Below, one piece after another: positions 38,465 to 50,101 of a DNA stretch of 64,000 nucleotides. The notes beneath the pieces are model-generated. The model was given only the letters and a program-made list of their open reading frames with translations. It was not told the DNA's origin and searched no databases. How positions within the stretch are numbered: the stretch's first letter is position 1; every line of letters starts with the position of its first letter. This stretch comes from Pyrinomonadales bacterium (lineage in GTDB: Bacteria; Acidobacteriota; Blastocatellia; Pyrinomonadales; Pyrinomonadaceae): contig JBBSIE010000002.1 in assembly GCA_038232235.1 (NCBI GenBank), positions 24,572 through 88,571 on the forward strand. Reading direction: 5' to 3'. Both the position numbers and the translations under genes were made by a program.

Positions 38465-39412
38465 TTACATCGGCTGAATTCTGAGCAAATAGCTGCAAAC
38501 GGCAATCGGAACGCCGGGAGAAACCGAAATTCGCTGCCCGACGGGAAGTTCGTAATTATTGATCATCGCCGGGTTGCGCCCTTCGTTGAGAAGCGAGAAA
38601 TTTCCCTGTGAGTCGTATATCAAACTCAAATGACGGCGGCTGATTTCAGGATCGCCGGTTAGTGCAACGTCAACCGGCTTTGATTTTGAACCGCGCCCGA
38701 TGCTGATTTCGTTTTGATAAATTGGTAAAACCGTCTGACGTACGCCGTCGCGCCAAATTTCCAATTTATAAAGTTCTTTCGCCGGACGCTTCTGAACGTG
38801 CGTCAGTTCTTCAGCATCGCCGGTTTGATATTGGGAAACTTGCGGCACGTTTGTCTGCGGAATTGTCGGCAAAGGTTGATTTGAACGAGTCGTTTGATGC
38901 TGCACAAAATTCGGCGATTGCAAAACCGGAGCATTTTCTTTCGGCGGCGCAACGGATAGAGTTTTCGGGCGCGCCAGAATGCTTGTTTTATTGCTTGAAG
39001 CGTCGTCCCAACTGTGCTGAACGCGCACATCGCCTTGTTCGAGCGTCCCGTCAACACGCAATTCGACGGCGAAAGACTGCGTTTCCAGTTTTCTTTTGCC
39101 CGCAATTTCCTTCGCCCGTTCCGCCAGAATGTGATAAAGCCCTTGTTCCAAACCTTTACGTTTCACGCCCTGCCAATCTTTATCGTCGGCTTCGCTCAAA
39201 AAAATTATGTATTCGGTCGGAATAATCGTCGTGCCTTGCGGTAGCGGAACGAGTTCGCGCTGCATAACTTCTTCGACGGCTTTGGCAATTTTCACGATAA
39301 ATTCTTCCGCCTGACTGCGCGGTTTAACCTGCGCGTCGCGGGCGGCTTCTTCCAAAACGAGTTCCGCCGATTCGCCGTCTATCCAATGTCTTACTTTATC
39401 CAATACGCTCAC
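38465..39412 (-). CDS. FhaA-like protein (DUF3662-like N-terminus + C-terminal FHA domain)
   Basis: C-terminal ISIGRGSKSKPVDVALTGDPEISRRHLSLIYDSQGNFSLLNEGRNPAMINN is an FHA signature. Confidence 0.8.
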   Translation of the reverse strand: MSVLDKVRHWIDGESAELVLEEAARDAQVKPRSQAEEFIVKIAKAVEEVMQRELVPLPQGTTIIPTEYIIFLSEADDKDWQGVKRKGLEQGLYHILAERAKEIAGKRKLETQSFAVELRVDGTLEQGDVRVQHSWDDASSNKTSILARPKTLSVAPPKENAPVLQSPNFVQHQTTRSNQPLPTIPQTNVPQVSQYQTGDAEELTHVQKRPAKELYKLEIWRDGVRQTVLPIYQNEISIGRGSKSKPVDVALTGDPEISRRHLSLIYDSQGNFSLLNEGRNPAMINNYELPVGQRISVSPGVPIAVCSYLLRIQPM

Positions 39413-39419
39413 TGATTTT

Positions 39420-40943
39420 TCACCTCGAAATTTTTATTGTATCGTCGCCCGCTCTGGCTTTGCCGCTGATCCAGCCGCGCGACGGTGCGTTATTATTCTC
39501 CGGTATGATGCGACCTTGTTCGATTATATCAACTTCATACCAATTGCCGTCGGTATTGACGATTCTCAATTTTGAGTCCTGCGTTACAACGCCGAGCCGG
39601 TCATTATTCGTGCTTGAATCGGAACGTAAATTTATATCCGTCAGCGCGACGGCTTCCGGTTTTGAAAACGGACTCGAAAAATCAGGCAAAACGCCGCGTC
39701 CACGCAAGTAATTATGCGTCCCGTAAAGAATTCCCGCGAATAATCCGATAAAAATTACAAAAATTGCGAACCGGCGCGGAAAATTCCACTGTCGCTTTTG
39801 TTTCGGCTGAACAAATATTTCTTGTTCTTGAACAGGCTTGTATTCGATAACCGGCGGTTGTTTAATCGGAGTTTGATAATTATTGTCCAATTTAACAACC
39901 AACGGCAGACGATTAGCCGCAGATAGATTCGGATTTACTTTGAAATCTTTGGAAGTGCTAAACTGCGGAAGCTGCGGCGCGAGCGGCGTGTAACCTTTTG
40001 AAATATGCGGCTGCGGAATTGTGTGCGGAGAAATTTCAGTCAAATTTTCGCCGTCTTCGGCTTCGGCGAGAAGTTTGATGCGCGATAAATCCTGCCAGAA
40101 TTCGGTTACGTTTTGATGTCGTTCCTTCGGATTGTTTTGTGTCGCTTTGTTCAAAACTTTAACTAATTCGTTCGCCCAAGGCTTTTGCCGCATATCGAAC
40201 GGCAATTCGGTAATCGGATTATTTGTAAAAAATCGCGGCGATTCGCAGGTTATCAAAACATACGCCGATTTCGCCAGCGAATAAATATCGGCGGCGGGCG
40301 TAAGTTCCGCAACGGTCAAAGTTCCCGTATTTCCGCTAAACATCGGACTGTGTTCGGGCGGCGCGAACATATTCGTGCCGACGCGCGTGATCGGCGAATC
40401 CGACTGCGACATTCGCGCCACGCCGAAATCGGCGATTTTCACCGTTTGCCGATCTTCGGTAAGCAGCAGATTTTGCGGCTTTATATCGCGGTGAATAACG
40501 CCCATTTTGTGCGCGTGTCCTAATCCGGCGCAAACTTGTTCGAGATAAAACAGAGCCTTCGACAAATTCAAACTTTTTTCACGACACGCCCGCGCCAAAT
40601 CGCCGCCGGGAAGATATTCAAGCACGAGATAATGAAAAATCGTATTCCGCAAATCACGCGCAGTGCCGTGTCCCAGACGGCTGATGACGTTCGGATGCCG
40701 CACGCGGTCAAGCGCAATCGCTTCGTTTTGAAAATTTTCAACTAACGTGCGCTCTAAATCAAGGTCTAAATCGTTCTGCATAAAGACGTTGAGAGCTTTG
40801 ATAACAACCAGACTATGCGGCGATTGCGGCGAAGCCGGCAAATCTTTGGCGACATAAATCTCGGCATAACTTCCGCGCCCCAAAAGCGATTGGATGTCAT
40901 AGCGTCCGTCGAGCCGTGTGTTATTTAACGAGAGTTCTTTCAT
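39420..40943 (-). CDS. Ser/Thr protein kinase with TM segment and SH3b-like extracytoplasmic domain
   Basis: Hanks motifs (GRGSYAEIY, VVIK, HRDIKPQNLL, DFG, APE); TM FAIFVIFIGLFAGILYG; C-terminal LRSDSS..GVVTQDSKLRIVNTDGNWYEVDI..RGWISG. Confidence 0.9.
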   Translation of the reverse strand: MKELSLNNTRLDGRYDIQSLLGRGSYAEIYVAKDLPASPQSPHSLVVIKALNVFMQNDLDLDLERTLVENFQNEAIALDRVRHPNVISRLGHGTARDLRNTIFHYLVLEYLPGGDLARACREKSLNLSKALFYLEQVCAGLGHAHKMGVIHRDIKPQNLLLTEDRQTVKIADFGVARMSQSDSPITRVGTNMFAPPEHSPMFSGNTGTLTVAELTPAADIYSLAKSAYVLITCESPRFFTNNPITELPFDMRQKPWANELVKVLNKATQNNPKERHQNVTEFWQDLSRIKLLAEAEDGENLTEISPHTIPQPHISKGYTPLAPQLPQFSTSKDFKVNPNLSAANRLPLVVKLDNNYQTPIKQPPVIEYKPVQEQEIFVQPKQKRQWNFPRRFAIFVIFIGLFAGILYGTHNYLRGRGVLPDFSSPFSKPEAVALTDINLRSDSSTNNDRLGVVTQDSKLRIVNTDGNWYEVDIIEQGRIIPENNNAPSRGWISGKARAGDDTIKISR

Positions 40944-41093
40944 TTTTTGGAAATAGAATGAAAATTGTCATCAAAAAAGAACATACGAAACCGAAATGTT
41001 CAATGTTCTGTGATAAATAATATATGATAATGCGGAAATGTTGAAAGATTGGCGCGGTTTATTCTTTCAATTGCAGTTCTTTTCAGCTAAAAT

Positions 41094-42071
41094 ATGGCAA
41101 AAATGTCTGAAATAAACAACACGACGACAAAAAAAACACCATCGCCCGACTGGTTTGTGCGCGGAATTTTGACCAAACTCGGCGAAATGTTCGACCAATT
41201 TACGGGCAGAAACTGGAAACCGTCGAGCAGTTTGGCGACCAGCGAATTGATTGAAAAATTAAAAAAACTCCTCGACGCGGAAGCCAGAGACGAAGGCGCG
41301 CGCGGCAAATTCGTGCCGCACAACATCAAACTTTTAATGCAGTGGGATAAATTTTCGACGGATTCGGAGAATGCGATGAAAAAACTCGAAGACGAATTAT
41401 TAATCGCCGCGATTGACCACATCAACGACAGGCGTTATCACACTTTCGCGCCGATGAAACTGGAAATAAAAAACGATTATTTCACCGAAGGTGTGAAACT
41501 TCAGGCGAGTTTCGGCGGCTTTGCCGAAAATAACGAGCGCGATGTTGCCGTCAATGTAACCGTTCCCGATTTGAAAAATGTGATTCTTAATCCGGTTGCG
41601 GAAGAAATCGTCGAACCGGAAAAGGAAATCTTCGTTGCGGAATTCGCTCTCAACGGCGCGGCGAAAAAAGTAAAATTGACGTTTGATGAAAAAGAGAGAA
41701 AAAGTGTCGGCAGAACAAAGGAAAATGATTTGGCGATTGACGACGCGAGCGTTTCAAAAATACACGCCGCGCTCGTTTTGAATTCCGACCGGCAATTAAT
41801 GGTCGCCGACACGGGTTCGACCAACGGAACATTTATCAACGGCGAACGTATCGCTTACGGCAGAGCATTTGTAATAAAAGACGGCGATAAATTGAAATTC
41901 GGCACGGTTGAAGTCGCGCTCGGACACATCGCAGCCGAAGCCGCTGAATCAATCGCCGCCGAAGATTTTTCGACTAATGACGATGTGCAAATTCCTGAAA
42001 ATTCTGCGGCGGAAAGCGATTTAAATTTAACGAAACGGATTGTCGTATCGAACTTCGACGACGGCAAATAA
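41094..42071 (+). CDS. FhaA-like protein (DUF3662 + FHA)
   Basis: The N-terminal FVRGILTKLGEMFD..FVPHNIKLLMQWDKF is DUF3662-like. The C-terminal FHA domain reads SVGRTKENDLAIDDASVSKIHAALVLNSDRQLMVADTGSTNGTFING. Confidence 0.85.
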   Translation: MAKMSEINNTTTKKTPSPDWFVRGILTKLGEMFDQFTGRNWKPSSSLATSELIEKLKKLLDAEARDEGARGKFVPHNIKLLMQWDKFSTDSENAMKKLEDELLIAAIDHINDRRYHTFAPMKLEIKNDYFTEGVKLQASFGGFAENNERDVAVNVTVPDLKNVILNPVAEEIVEPEKEIFVAEFALNGAAKKVKLTFDEKERKSVGRTKENDLAIDDASVSKIHAALVLNSDRQLMVADTGSTNGTFINGERIAYGRAFVIKDGDKLKFGTVEVALGHIAAEAAESIAAEDFSTNDDVQIPENSAAESDLNLTKRIVVSNFDDGK

Positions 42072-42080
42072 TTCAATTGA

Positions 42081-43979
42081 ATGAAAATTCTACTTTTTTT
42101 ATTACAATTCGACTGGGAGAAACTTCGTCCCGAAAACCTTTTCGGCAGACAGGTTTTGGAACGAACTCCGGCGGGTTTGAGTGTTTTTTATCTGATCGGA
42201 ATCGCCGTTTTGCTTGTGTTTCTGCTCATTTCCTTTTTCGACAATTTTCGCCGCCCGAAATTCAATTTTGAAAAAGATTTGCCGCGCGAAGTCAAAAGCA
42301 AATTAACCAAAACCGTGACAAATCGCAGTTTGCGCGTCTGGCAGTTTGTTTTTATCGCGCTGGCATTTTTCGTCTACGGTTTTCACGTTTACTGGAGTTA
42401 TTACGCCGACGATTACAACGACCAGTTTCAGGCGTTGAGTTACAAAGATTTGCGAAATCGCCGCGCGACGGCGGCGCGGCTGCGCGGTTGGATGCTGGAT
42501 CGTTCGGGAAATTTGGGCAGTGCGCTGGCTTATTATAAATTGGACAAAGACGGCGATATTACGCGCACTTTTGCTTTCGATAAGGAAATGTCGCACTTGC
42601 TCGGAACCGAGCGCGGAACGCCCGGACTCGAACGTACACTTTACAAAACGGGCGACGATCCGACACCCGAAGCGTGGGAAATTTTGACGAAAATAAAACG
42701 CCCGGAAGAAGAACAGCGCGATGTTCGCATCACTATTGACCGCGATTTGCAGGCGTTCGCCGCGCAGCAGTTGAAAGATAAAAAAGGCGCGATTGTCGTT
42801 TTAAATCCGCAAACCGGCGACGTTTTGGCGATATATTCAAATCCGTCATTTAACATTTCGGAAGCGCAGACGCTCGACGGTTATTTGAAACTAGAAGGAA
42901 ATTCACGCGACAAACCGCTTTTGAATCGGGCGACGCGCGAATATTATGTTCCCGGCTCGACCTTTAAAACTTTTACGATGCTTTCGGCATTTCGCGCCGG
43001 AAAACAAAACACGACTTTTACGAGTTTGCCCGGCGGTTTCGTCCCGTTTCGCGGTTCGCGCGCAATTTCGGATGCCAACGGCGGCTGCGAATCGCCCTAC
43101 GGCTGCACGACTTTAAATATCGCGCAGGCTTACGAGGCTTCGAGCAATCAATATTTCGCGCAGATGGCGGTCGAACTCGGACGCGAAAGAATCCGCGAAA
43201 CTGCCGGAGCAGTCGGCATTTTGGCGGTTGACACGCCGGAAGACGCTTTGCAGAACAATTTTTTCTCCGACATCTGGAATATGAGCAACAATCGCATCGC
43301 CAACGCGCTCGCGCCGGAACAGTCAACAATTGTAACGGGCAAACAAATTTCGGCGTATGATTTAGGTTTAGAAGGAATGGGACAAGGTTACGCCGGACAA
43401 ATGACACCATTTCAGATGGCTTTAATCGCGTCCGCGCCCGCCAATTTACAGGGAAATTTGATGAAACCGAAAATCGAAGCCGACCAATCGCCGCAAATCT
43501 TTTCTCCGGTCGTTTCACCACCGCAAGCCGCTCAAATCCGCGAAATTATGGGACTTGTCACTGAAGGCAGCGGCGGCACGGCGACCAGAGTTTTCGCCAA
43601 CGTCCGCGCCGCCGGAATTCGTTCGGGCGGAAAAACCGGCACGGCGGAAAAACTCGCGCCCGTTTACGACGAAAAAACAGGAAAACTGAAAACTATCACA
43701 AAAAAACGCAAAAACGACGCGGGCGAAATGGAAGAATACAAAGTTCCGCAAATGTATGAACGCACGGACAGTTGGTATATTTCGATTGCGCCGCTCGAAA
43801 AACCGCAACTGGCGATTGCCGTCGTCGTCGAAGCCGGCGGTTACGGCGCGGCGGTTTCCGCGCCGATTGCCGCCAACATCATCCTAAAAGCGCGTGATTT
43901 GGGACTTTTGGGCGATCAGTACAAACCGAGAACGCAGATTCCGACACCAACAAAGAAAAACAACAAAACTAAAAAATGA
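42081..43979 (+). CDS. Class B penicillin-binding protein (PbpA/PBP2-like transpeptidase)
   Basis: N-terminal TM; SxxK (GSTFKTFT), SxN (ASSNQY), KTG (GGKTGTAE). Confidence 0.88.
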   Translation: MKILLFLLQFDWEKLRPENLFGRQVLERTPAGLSVFYLIGIAVLLVFLLISFFDNFRRPKFNFEKDLPREVKSKLTKTVTNRSLRVWQFVFIALAFFVYGFHVYWSYYADDYNDQFQALSYKDLRNRRATAARLRGWMLDRSGNLGSALAYYKLDKDGDITRTFAFDKEMSHLLGTERGTPGLERTLYKTGDDPTPEAWEILTKIKRPEEEQRDVRITIDRDLQAFAAQQLKDKKGAIVVLNPQTGDVLAIYSNPSFNISEAQTLDGYLKLEGNSRDKPLLNRATREYYVPGSTFKTFTMLSAFRAGKQNTTFTSLPGGFVPFRGSRAISDANGGCESPYGCTTLNIAQAYEASSNQYFAQMAVELGRERIRETAGAVGILAVDTPEDALQNNFFSDIWNMSNNRIANALAPEQSTIVTGKQISAYDLGLEGMGQGYAGQMTPFQMALIASAPANLQGNLMKPKIEADQSPQIFSPVVSPPQAAQIREIMGLVTEGSGGTATRVFANVRAAGIRSGGKTGTAEKLAPVYDEKTGKLKTITKKRKNDAGEMEEYKVPQMYERTDSWYISIAPLEKPQLAIAVVVEAGGYGAAVSAPIAANIILKARDLGLLGDQYKPRTQIPTPTKKNNKTKK

Positions 43980-45643
43980 AAAATCGCACTTCATCGCACG
44001 TTTTTATACTTCTTTTAATTGTCGCGCTGACGGCAATCGCGCATTATTCGATTCATTACGGCGCGTTGATTCGCGGTTATGAAACTTCATATTTAACGGC
44101 GGAAAGAAATCTTTTTTTGCTTTTTATACTCGCCGTTTTGCCGATTTTTCTTAAAAGGTTCGCAAAATTTCAGGGAAACTGGACGCTTTACACTTCCGCT
44201 GTTTTGCTGTTTTCAATCGGTTTGACCGTGCAGTATCGCCTGTTTTCCGATCCCGAATATATTTCCAAAAAAGATAAAGCCGAAGCGCGGCAGGCAAAGA
44301 TCAAAACTTTGCAGATGCACTATATTCAGGAAAATTATTCGGCGGAAAAGAAACAAATGATGGGACTTCCCGCCACGCCGCCGTCGCCGGTTGATTTGGA
44401 CAAAGAAACGCCGCGTCCGGCAAATGAAGATTTGAGCGACGTTTTTTTGTCGGGCAAAACAATGATTCCGCTGTTTGCAATTGCCTGTTTTGTCGGCGTG
44501 TTTATTTTATTTAAGCGCGACGATGTTCTGGAAATTTTGCAGAGAAACGGCTTTTTGATTGTTTTACTGACGCTTGTGCCGTTGCTTTTGGCGGCGATTA
44601 CGTCAAAGGCAGGAAAATCAATCGGCAATATGACACCTTGGGAGCCGTCGAAAATTCCTTTTTTAATCGGCTTCGCGGCTATTTTGTCGGTTTTATATAA
44701 AAATCTGGCGCGGACTTATTGGGGCGTGCCGCGTGCAAAAGATGTTATTCCGCTGGTCTTTATGGCGATTCTGCCGTTTGTGCCGTTTTTCGTTTTGAAG
44801 GATTTCGGGCAAATGATGGTTTTCAGTTCGGTTTACGCGACGCTTTATCTGATCGCCGTGCGCCGCTTGCCACAGAGAATCGTTCTGGTCGGAAGCGTTG
44901 CATTGCTCATCAGCATTTTAGTTGTCGGCGCATTGCCGGATAAAACACAGGAAAAAATTCCGCTGCTTCCGACGCTGGCAAGTCCGGTCAAAAAAGTTTT
45001 GCCTGATAGAATTCAGCAGCGTTTTCATCTGTGGCTCGACGGTTTCAATCCTCCTTCTCCTGATACGAGTTGGTGGAAGGAAGATTACGACGATTATTAT
45101 GCCGATTTGGTTAAGCGCGACCCGAATCTGCCGCAGATGCTGGAAGAAGAACCGAATTTGCAGAAATCAATCAATGTTGATGCGTGGTTTGACGTTCTGG
45201 CGTTTCAACCGGCGCAGGCGACGTTCGGCGTGGCTTCCGGCGGCACGACCGGACGCGGTTTGGGTTTGGGTTACGTCGAACTGATTCCGGTTTCCGATTC
45301 CGATTATATTTACGCCGCGATTGCCGAAGAACTTGGACTTTTCGGCGGTTTATTGCTAATCTTTGCGCTGATAACTTTTGTCAGCGCGGGAGTTCGCACG
45401 GCTCTGGATGCCAGAGATATGTTCAGCAAACTTTGCGCGATTGGGTTGACGGCGTTTATCGGTTTTCAAGCCCTGGTCAATATGGGCGGCATCACGCGGG
45501 CGTTGCCGATGACCGGAATTACGCTGCCGTTTGTCAGCCACGGCGGTTTCAGTTTAATCACGAGTTTCGTTATGCTCGGAATGCTGATGGCTTTTTCGCA
45601 TCGCAACGCGGTTGATATTCTTCAAGTTCAAAGTTCAAAGTAA
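43976..45643 (+). CDS. FtsW/RodA/SpoVE-family (SEDS) peptidoglycan polymerase
   Basis: ATGA overlap with the PBP gene; polytopic; SDSDYIYAAIAEELGLFGG and GITLPFVSHGGFSL motifs. Confidence 0.88.
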   Translation: MKNRTSSHVFILLLIVALTAIAHYSIHYGALIRGYETSYLTAERNLFLLFILAVLPIFLKRFAKFQGNWTLYTSAVLLFSIGLTVQYRLFSDPEYISKKDKAEARQAKIKTLQMHYIQENYSAEKKQMMGLPATPPSPVDLDKETPRPANEDLSDVFLSGKTMIPLFAIACFVGVFILFKRDDVLEILQRNGFLIVLLTLVPLLLAAITSKAGKSIGNMTPWEPSKIPFLIGFAAILSVLYKNLARTYWGVPRAKDVIPLVFMAILPFVPFFVLKDFGQMMVFSSVYATLYLIAVRRLPQRIVLVGSVALLISILVVGALPDKTQEKIPLLPTLASPVKKVLPDRIQQRFHLWLDGFNPPSPDTSWWKEDYDDYYADLVKRDPNLPQMLEEEPNLQKSINVDAWFDVLAFQPAQATFGVASGGTTGRGLGLGYVELIPVSDSDYIYAAIAEELGLFGGLLLIFALITFVSAGVRTALDARDMFSKLCAIGLTAFIGFQALVNMGGITRALPMTGITLPFVSHGGFSLITSFVMLGMLMAFSHRNAVDILQVQSSK

Positions 45644-45674
45644 GATTTGAATTTTGAACTTTAAACTTTGAACT
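45623..45674. repeat. Heptamer-repeat hairpin (gttcaaa units) spanning the ftsW-like stop and the PP2C start
   Basis: agttcaaagttcaaagt (45625-45641) pairs with the right arm within gaactttaaactttgaact (45656-45674), 16 of 17. The ATG of the next gene is at 45675. Confidence 0.85.
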
Positions 45675-47272
45675 ATGGAAAATAACTTTCAAATTGATTC
45701 GGCTTCGGTTTCGGACAGAGGTTTAAGCAAAAAACGTCCTCAGAATGAAGATTCGTTTTTAGAAATGAATTCACGCGGTCTTTTTGCGGTTGCCGACGGC
45801 GTTGGCGGAGCGCAAGCCGGCGATGTCGCCTCGCAGATGGCGATGGAAATTCTCGGTGAAGCCTTTGTCAATTTGCAGGAAAACGGCGATGTCGAAGAAT
45901 TGATGAAAGTTGCGATTAAACGCGCTAACGAAGCGATTTATCAAATGTCGCACGACATGAAACAGCTTTCGACAATGGCAACAACGATTGTCGCGCTTCA
46001 CATCGCGGGCAATATTGCAACCATTGGTCACGTCGGCGATTCACGTCTTTACCGGCTCGACCCGAATGGAAGACTTTATCGTGAAACGCAGGATCATTCG
46101 GTGGTCGAGGAAGAAGTTCGTGCCGGACGAATGACTGCCGCGCAAGCCGCGACGCATCCGAGCCGCAACGTCATCAGCCGTGCGCTCGGCGCAGATTATG
46201 CGGTTGAAATTGATATGAAAACGATTATGTTCGAGCCACACACGACATTTTTTCTCTGCTCGGACGGCATCACGCGCCATATTGACGATTTTGAACTGCG
46301 CGACCTTTTACTCTCCGGCGATAAACCCGCGAATATCGTGCAAAAAATGAAAGATATTTGCTATCAACGCGGCGCGGAAGACAATTTGACCGCCGTTGTC
46401 GCCAAAGTAACAGATGTCGCTGCAGAAAAGTTTAACGGCGCGAAAAACGAAATTCCCGCCGAATATGAAGAAGCGACGATTGCAACAGCGCGTCCTCCGG
46501 CAGTTGTTGAAGATGCAGTTTTTGCCGAACAATCTTTGCCGGACGAAGAAGTGCCGACTCAAAATCTTCAATCGCCGATGTCTGAAGAACTACAAACGCG
46601 TGAAGTTGTTCAGACAAACCAAAATGAAAATCCCGAAACCGAAAAAAATCGAAATATATTTTCTTTTCCGGCTGAAAGTGCGGATAATAAGCCGATTCAA
46701 AGAAACGAAATTGTCAGAGAGGACAAAACTTATTTTGCAGAAGAAAAAGCCGAAAGCAGTATTCTCGGCAAAATAATAACGCCTTTGCTGACATTTTTTT
46801 TGGGCGGAATTTTATTTGCGGGAATCTATCATTTGTGGGCGCAAAACAATGTCGAACCGCAAGTTCCACAATTAGTTCAGCAATCGCCCGACATTCCGTT
46901 TAAAGCTTTTGAAGACAATCGGCGCAATGTTGACGGAAATCCGCGGCAATATATTGCAACCAATTTAACTTCAACACCGGAAGATGCCGAAGATTTTTAT
47001 CTGATGGGACGTGCTTATCTGCTGATCGGTAAATTTCCCGAAGCTAAAGAGATGTTTTTACAGGCAAAAGACCGCCTTGCACAGACGAGCGAAGTAAATA
47101 ACAGAGTTTTGGCAAATGATATTATTTTGAGTCTGGCTGTTATCAATGACGAATTTGCCAAAAGAGAAGTTGCAAAAGAATTAAATTTGAATATATCCAA
47201 CACAAATACGCAAACTAATTCTAATAATAGCGCAAATTCTCTTCGCGGAACTCAAAATTTTAACGGAAGGTA

Positions 47273-47273
<1 letters not shown>
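45675..47273 (+). CDS. PP2C-family Ser/Thr phosphatase with TM segment and C-terminal TPR-like region
   Basis: NEDSF, FAVADGVGG, GDSRLY and CSDGIT motifs; TM IITPLLTFFLGGILFAGIYHLW. Confidence 0.9.
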
Positions 47274-48181
<908 letters not shown>

Positions 48182-48318
48182 TTTTGATGTCTTTACAAAT
48201 AAACGAATAGCCGATTATAAAGCAAAGGTTTAAAATCAGGAATAGTCTAAATAAAAAGTTTGCCAAACAATGAAATCCGTAATTTGTATTACAGCCAAAA
48301 AGTGATAAATTTTACAGA

Positions 48319-49767
48319 ATGCGAAGAGCAAAAATTTTAGCCACACTCGGACCCGCTTCAACCACATCTGAAATAATCGAACAACTTATCAACGCCGGAA
48401 TGAATGCCGTGCGGATAAATATGTCGCACGGAACTCAGGAAGAACACGCCGAAACCATAAAAATTGTGCGAATTGTTTCGGGAAAATTGGACAAGCCGCT
48501 TTCTGTTCTGGTTGATTTGTCAGGACCGAAAATCCGCACGGGTTTATTGCAAAATGCCGCGCCCGTTGTGCTTGAAATGAATGCTGAATTTATCATAACT
48601 TCTCGCGACATCAGCGGAAATTTGAATGAAGTTTCGACAAATTTTAAGGAACTGCCGAAACTCGTCGAAAAGGGCGCGAGAATTTTGCTCGACGACGGCG
48701 CGATTGAACTGAAAGTCAAAAAAGTTACAAAAACCGATGTTGTTACAACCGTCGTCAACGGCGGCGTTTTGTCGGAGCGCAAAGGCATCAATCTGCCGAA
48801 TACAAAACTTCCGATTCCTTCTTTGACCAAAAAAGACCGCGAAGATTTGGAATGGGCGATGACACAGGACGTTGATTACATCGCGCTTTCTTTTGTCAGA
48901 CGCGCCGAAGATTGCACGGAAGTTAAAGAAATCATTAAAAAGCTGAACAAACGCAAAATGGGCAGACCGCTTCTCGTCGCCAAAATCGAAAAGGCGGAAG
49001 CGATTGAAAATCTGGACGAAATTATCAAAGCAACCGACGGTTTGATGGTCGCCCGCGGAGATTTAGGCGTGGAAACCAGTCCCGAACTCGTTCCGGTTTA
49101 TCAAAAACAAATCATCGAAAAATCGGTTTTGAACGATAAATTCGTGATTACGGCAACGCAAATGCTGCAATCAATGGTTGATAATCCGCGCCCGACACGA
49201 GCCGAAGCGTCCGACGTTGCCAACGCGGTTTGGGACGGAACGGATGCCGTAATGCTTTCGGCGGAAACGGCGGCGGGCAAATATCCGGTCGAATCGGTGG
49301 CAACAATGAAACGAATTATTGATTCGGCGGAAACGGTCAAGACAATGAAATTGAAACGTCCGGTCAAATTCAGCGAAGAACCGACGGGCAGAACTTCGCA
49401 GGCACTTTGCAAAGCCACCGCCATTTGCGCCCGCGAAATATTAACCGATAAAGTTGCGGTTTTCACCGAATCCGGCGTGATGGCGCGTCGTTTGTCGAGC
49501 GTTCGGTCAGGTTTGCAGACTTTTGCATTGACTTCGACAAACGATGTCCGCAATCAATTGGCTTTAATTTGGGGCGTTGAACCGCTTTGCCATAAAAGCG
49601 CGGAAACCACCGAAGCGATGCTCAAAGACGGAGAAAAAACTTTGCTCGATGCGAAAGTCGTAGAAAAAGGAGAAACGATGGTGATGATGGCTGGTCGCCT
49701 GTCCGGTCTCGGACTTTCAAGTTCGATTGTCGTCTGGACGGTTGGTGAAAATGTGCCGCGACGATAG
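48319..49767 (+). CDS. pyk: Pyruvate kinase
   Basis: RRAKILATLGPAS, GMNAVRINMSHG, MVARGDLGVE and MLSAETAAGKYP motifs. Confidence 0.96.
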   Translation: MRRAKILATLGPASTTSEIIEQLINAGMNAVRINMSHGTQEEHAETIKIVRIVSGKLDKPLSVLVDLSGPKIRTGLLQNAAPVVLEMNAEFIITSRDISGNLNEVSTNFKELPKLVEKGARILLDDGAIELKVKKVTKTDVVTTVVNGGVLSERKGINLPNTKLPIPSLTKKDREDLEWAMTQDVDYIALSFVRRAEDCTEVKEIIKKLNKRKMGRPLLVAKIEKAEAIENLDEIIKATDGLMVARGDLGVETSPELVPVYQKQIIEKSVLNDKFVITATQMLQSMVDNPRPTRAEASDVANAVWDGTDAVMLSAETAAGKYPVESVATMKRIIDSAETVKTMKLKRPVKFSEEPTGRTSQALCKATAICAREILTDKVAVFTESGVMARRLSSVRSGLQTFALTSTNDVRNQLALIWGVEPLCHKSAETTEAMLKDGEKTLLDAKVVEKGETMVMMAGRLSGLGLSSSIVVWTVGENVPRR

Positions 49768-49814
49768 AAAGTTAAAATTTAAAAGTTTGATTTTCTTTAA
49801 CTTTGAACTTTGAG
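49768..49814. repeat. aactttg-family short repeat with a 9-bp inverted partner
   Basis: aaagttaaa (49768-49776) pairs with tttaacttt (49796-49804); aactttg aactttg at 49799-49812. It lies directly after the pyk stop. Confidence 0.6.
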
Positions 49815-50101
49815 AATTATTGACATATTTTGATTAGTATTTTGTCTTGCACAAGCTGTTAAAAGCATTGCAACAGACAAAAAAGCGGCAGCGTAAAATT
49901 TTTCACCATAAATTCCTCTGCCGCATTTGTTAAAAAGAAAAGTTCTAAATCCAAACTTTGCAGCGAAAACAACATAACGCATATGTTATATTATTTTCTT
50001 AAAAAATCTAAAACTCTTCATATACTTTCGTTGAGTTTTATTTTCAAACAAAAAGCTCCGCAAAATTTTGCAGAGCTTTTTGTTTAATTAGTTTTTGATG
50101 A

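Noticed and set aside
49797-49982. 61-aa minus-strand ORF downstream of pyk.
   Set aside because: It has no RBS or motif and partly overlaps a repeat element. I cannot support it as a gene.
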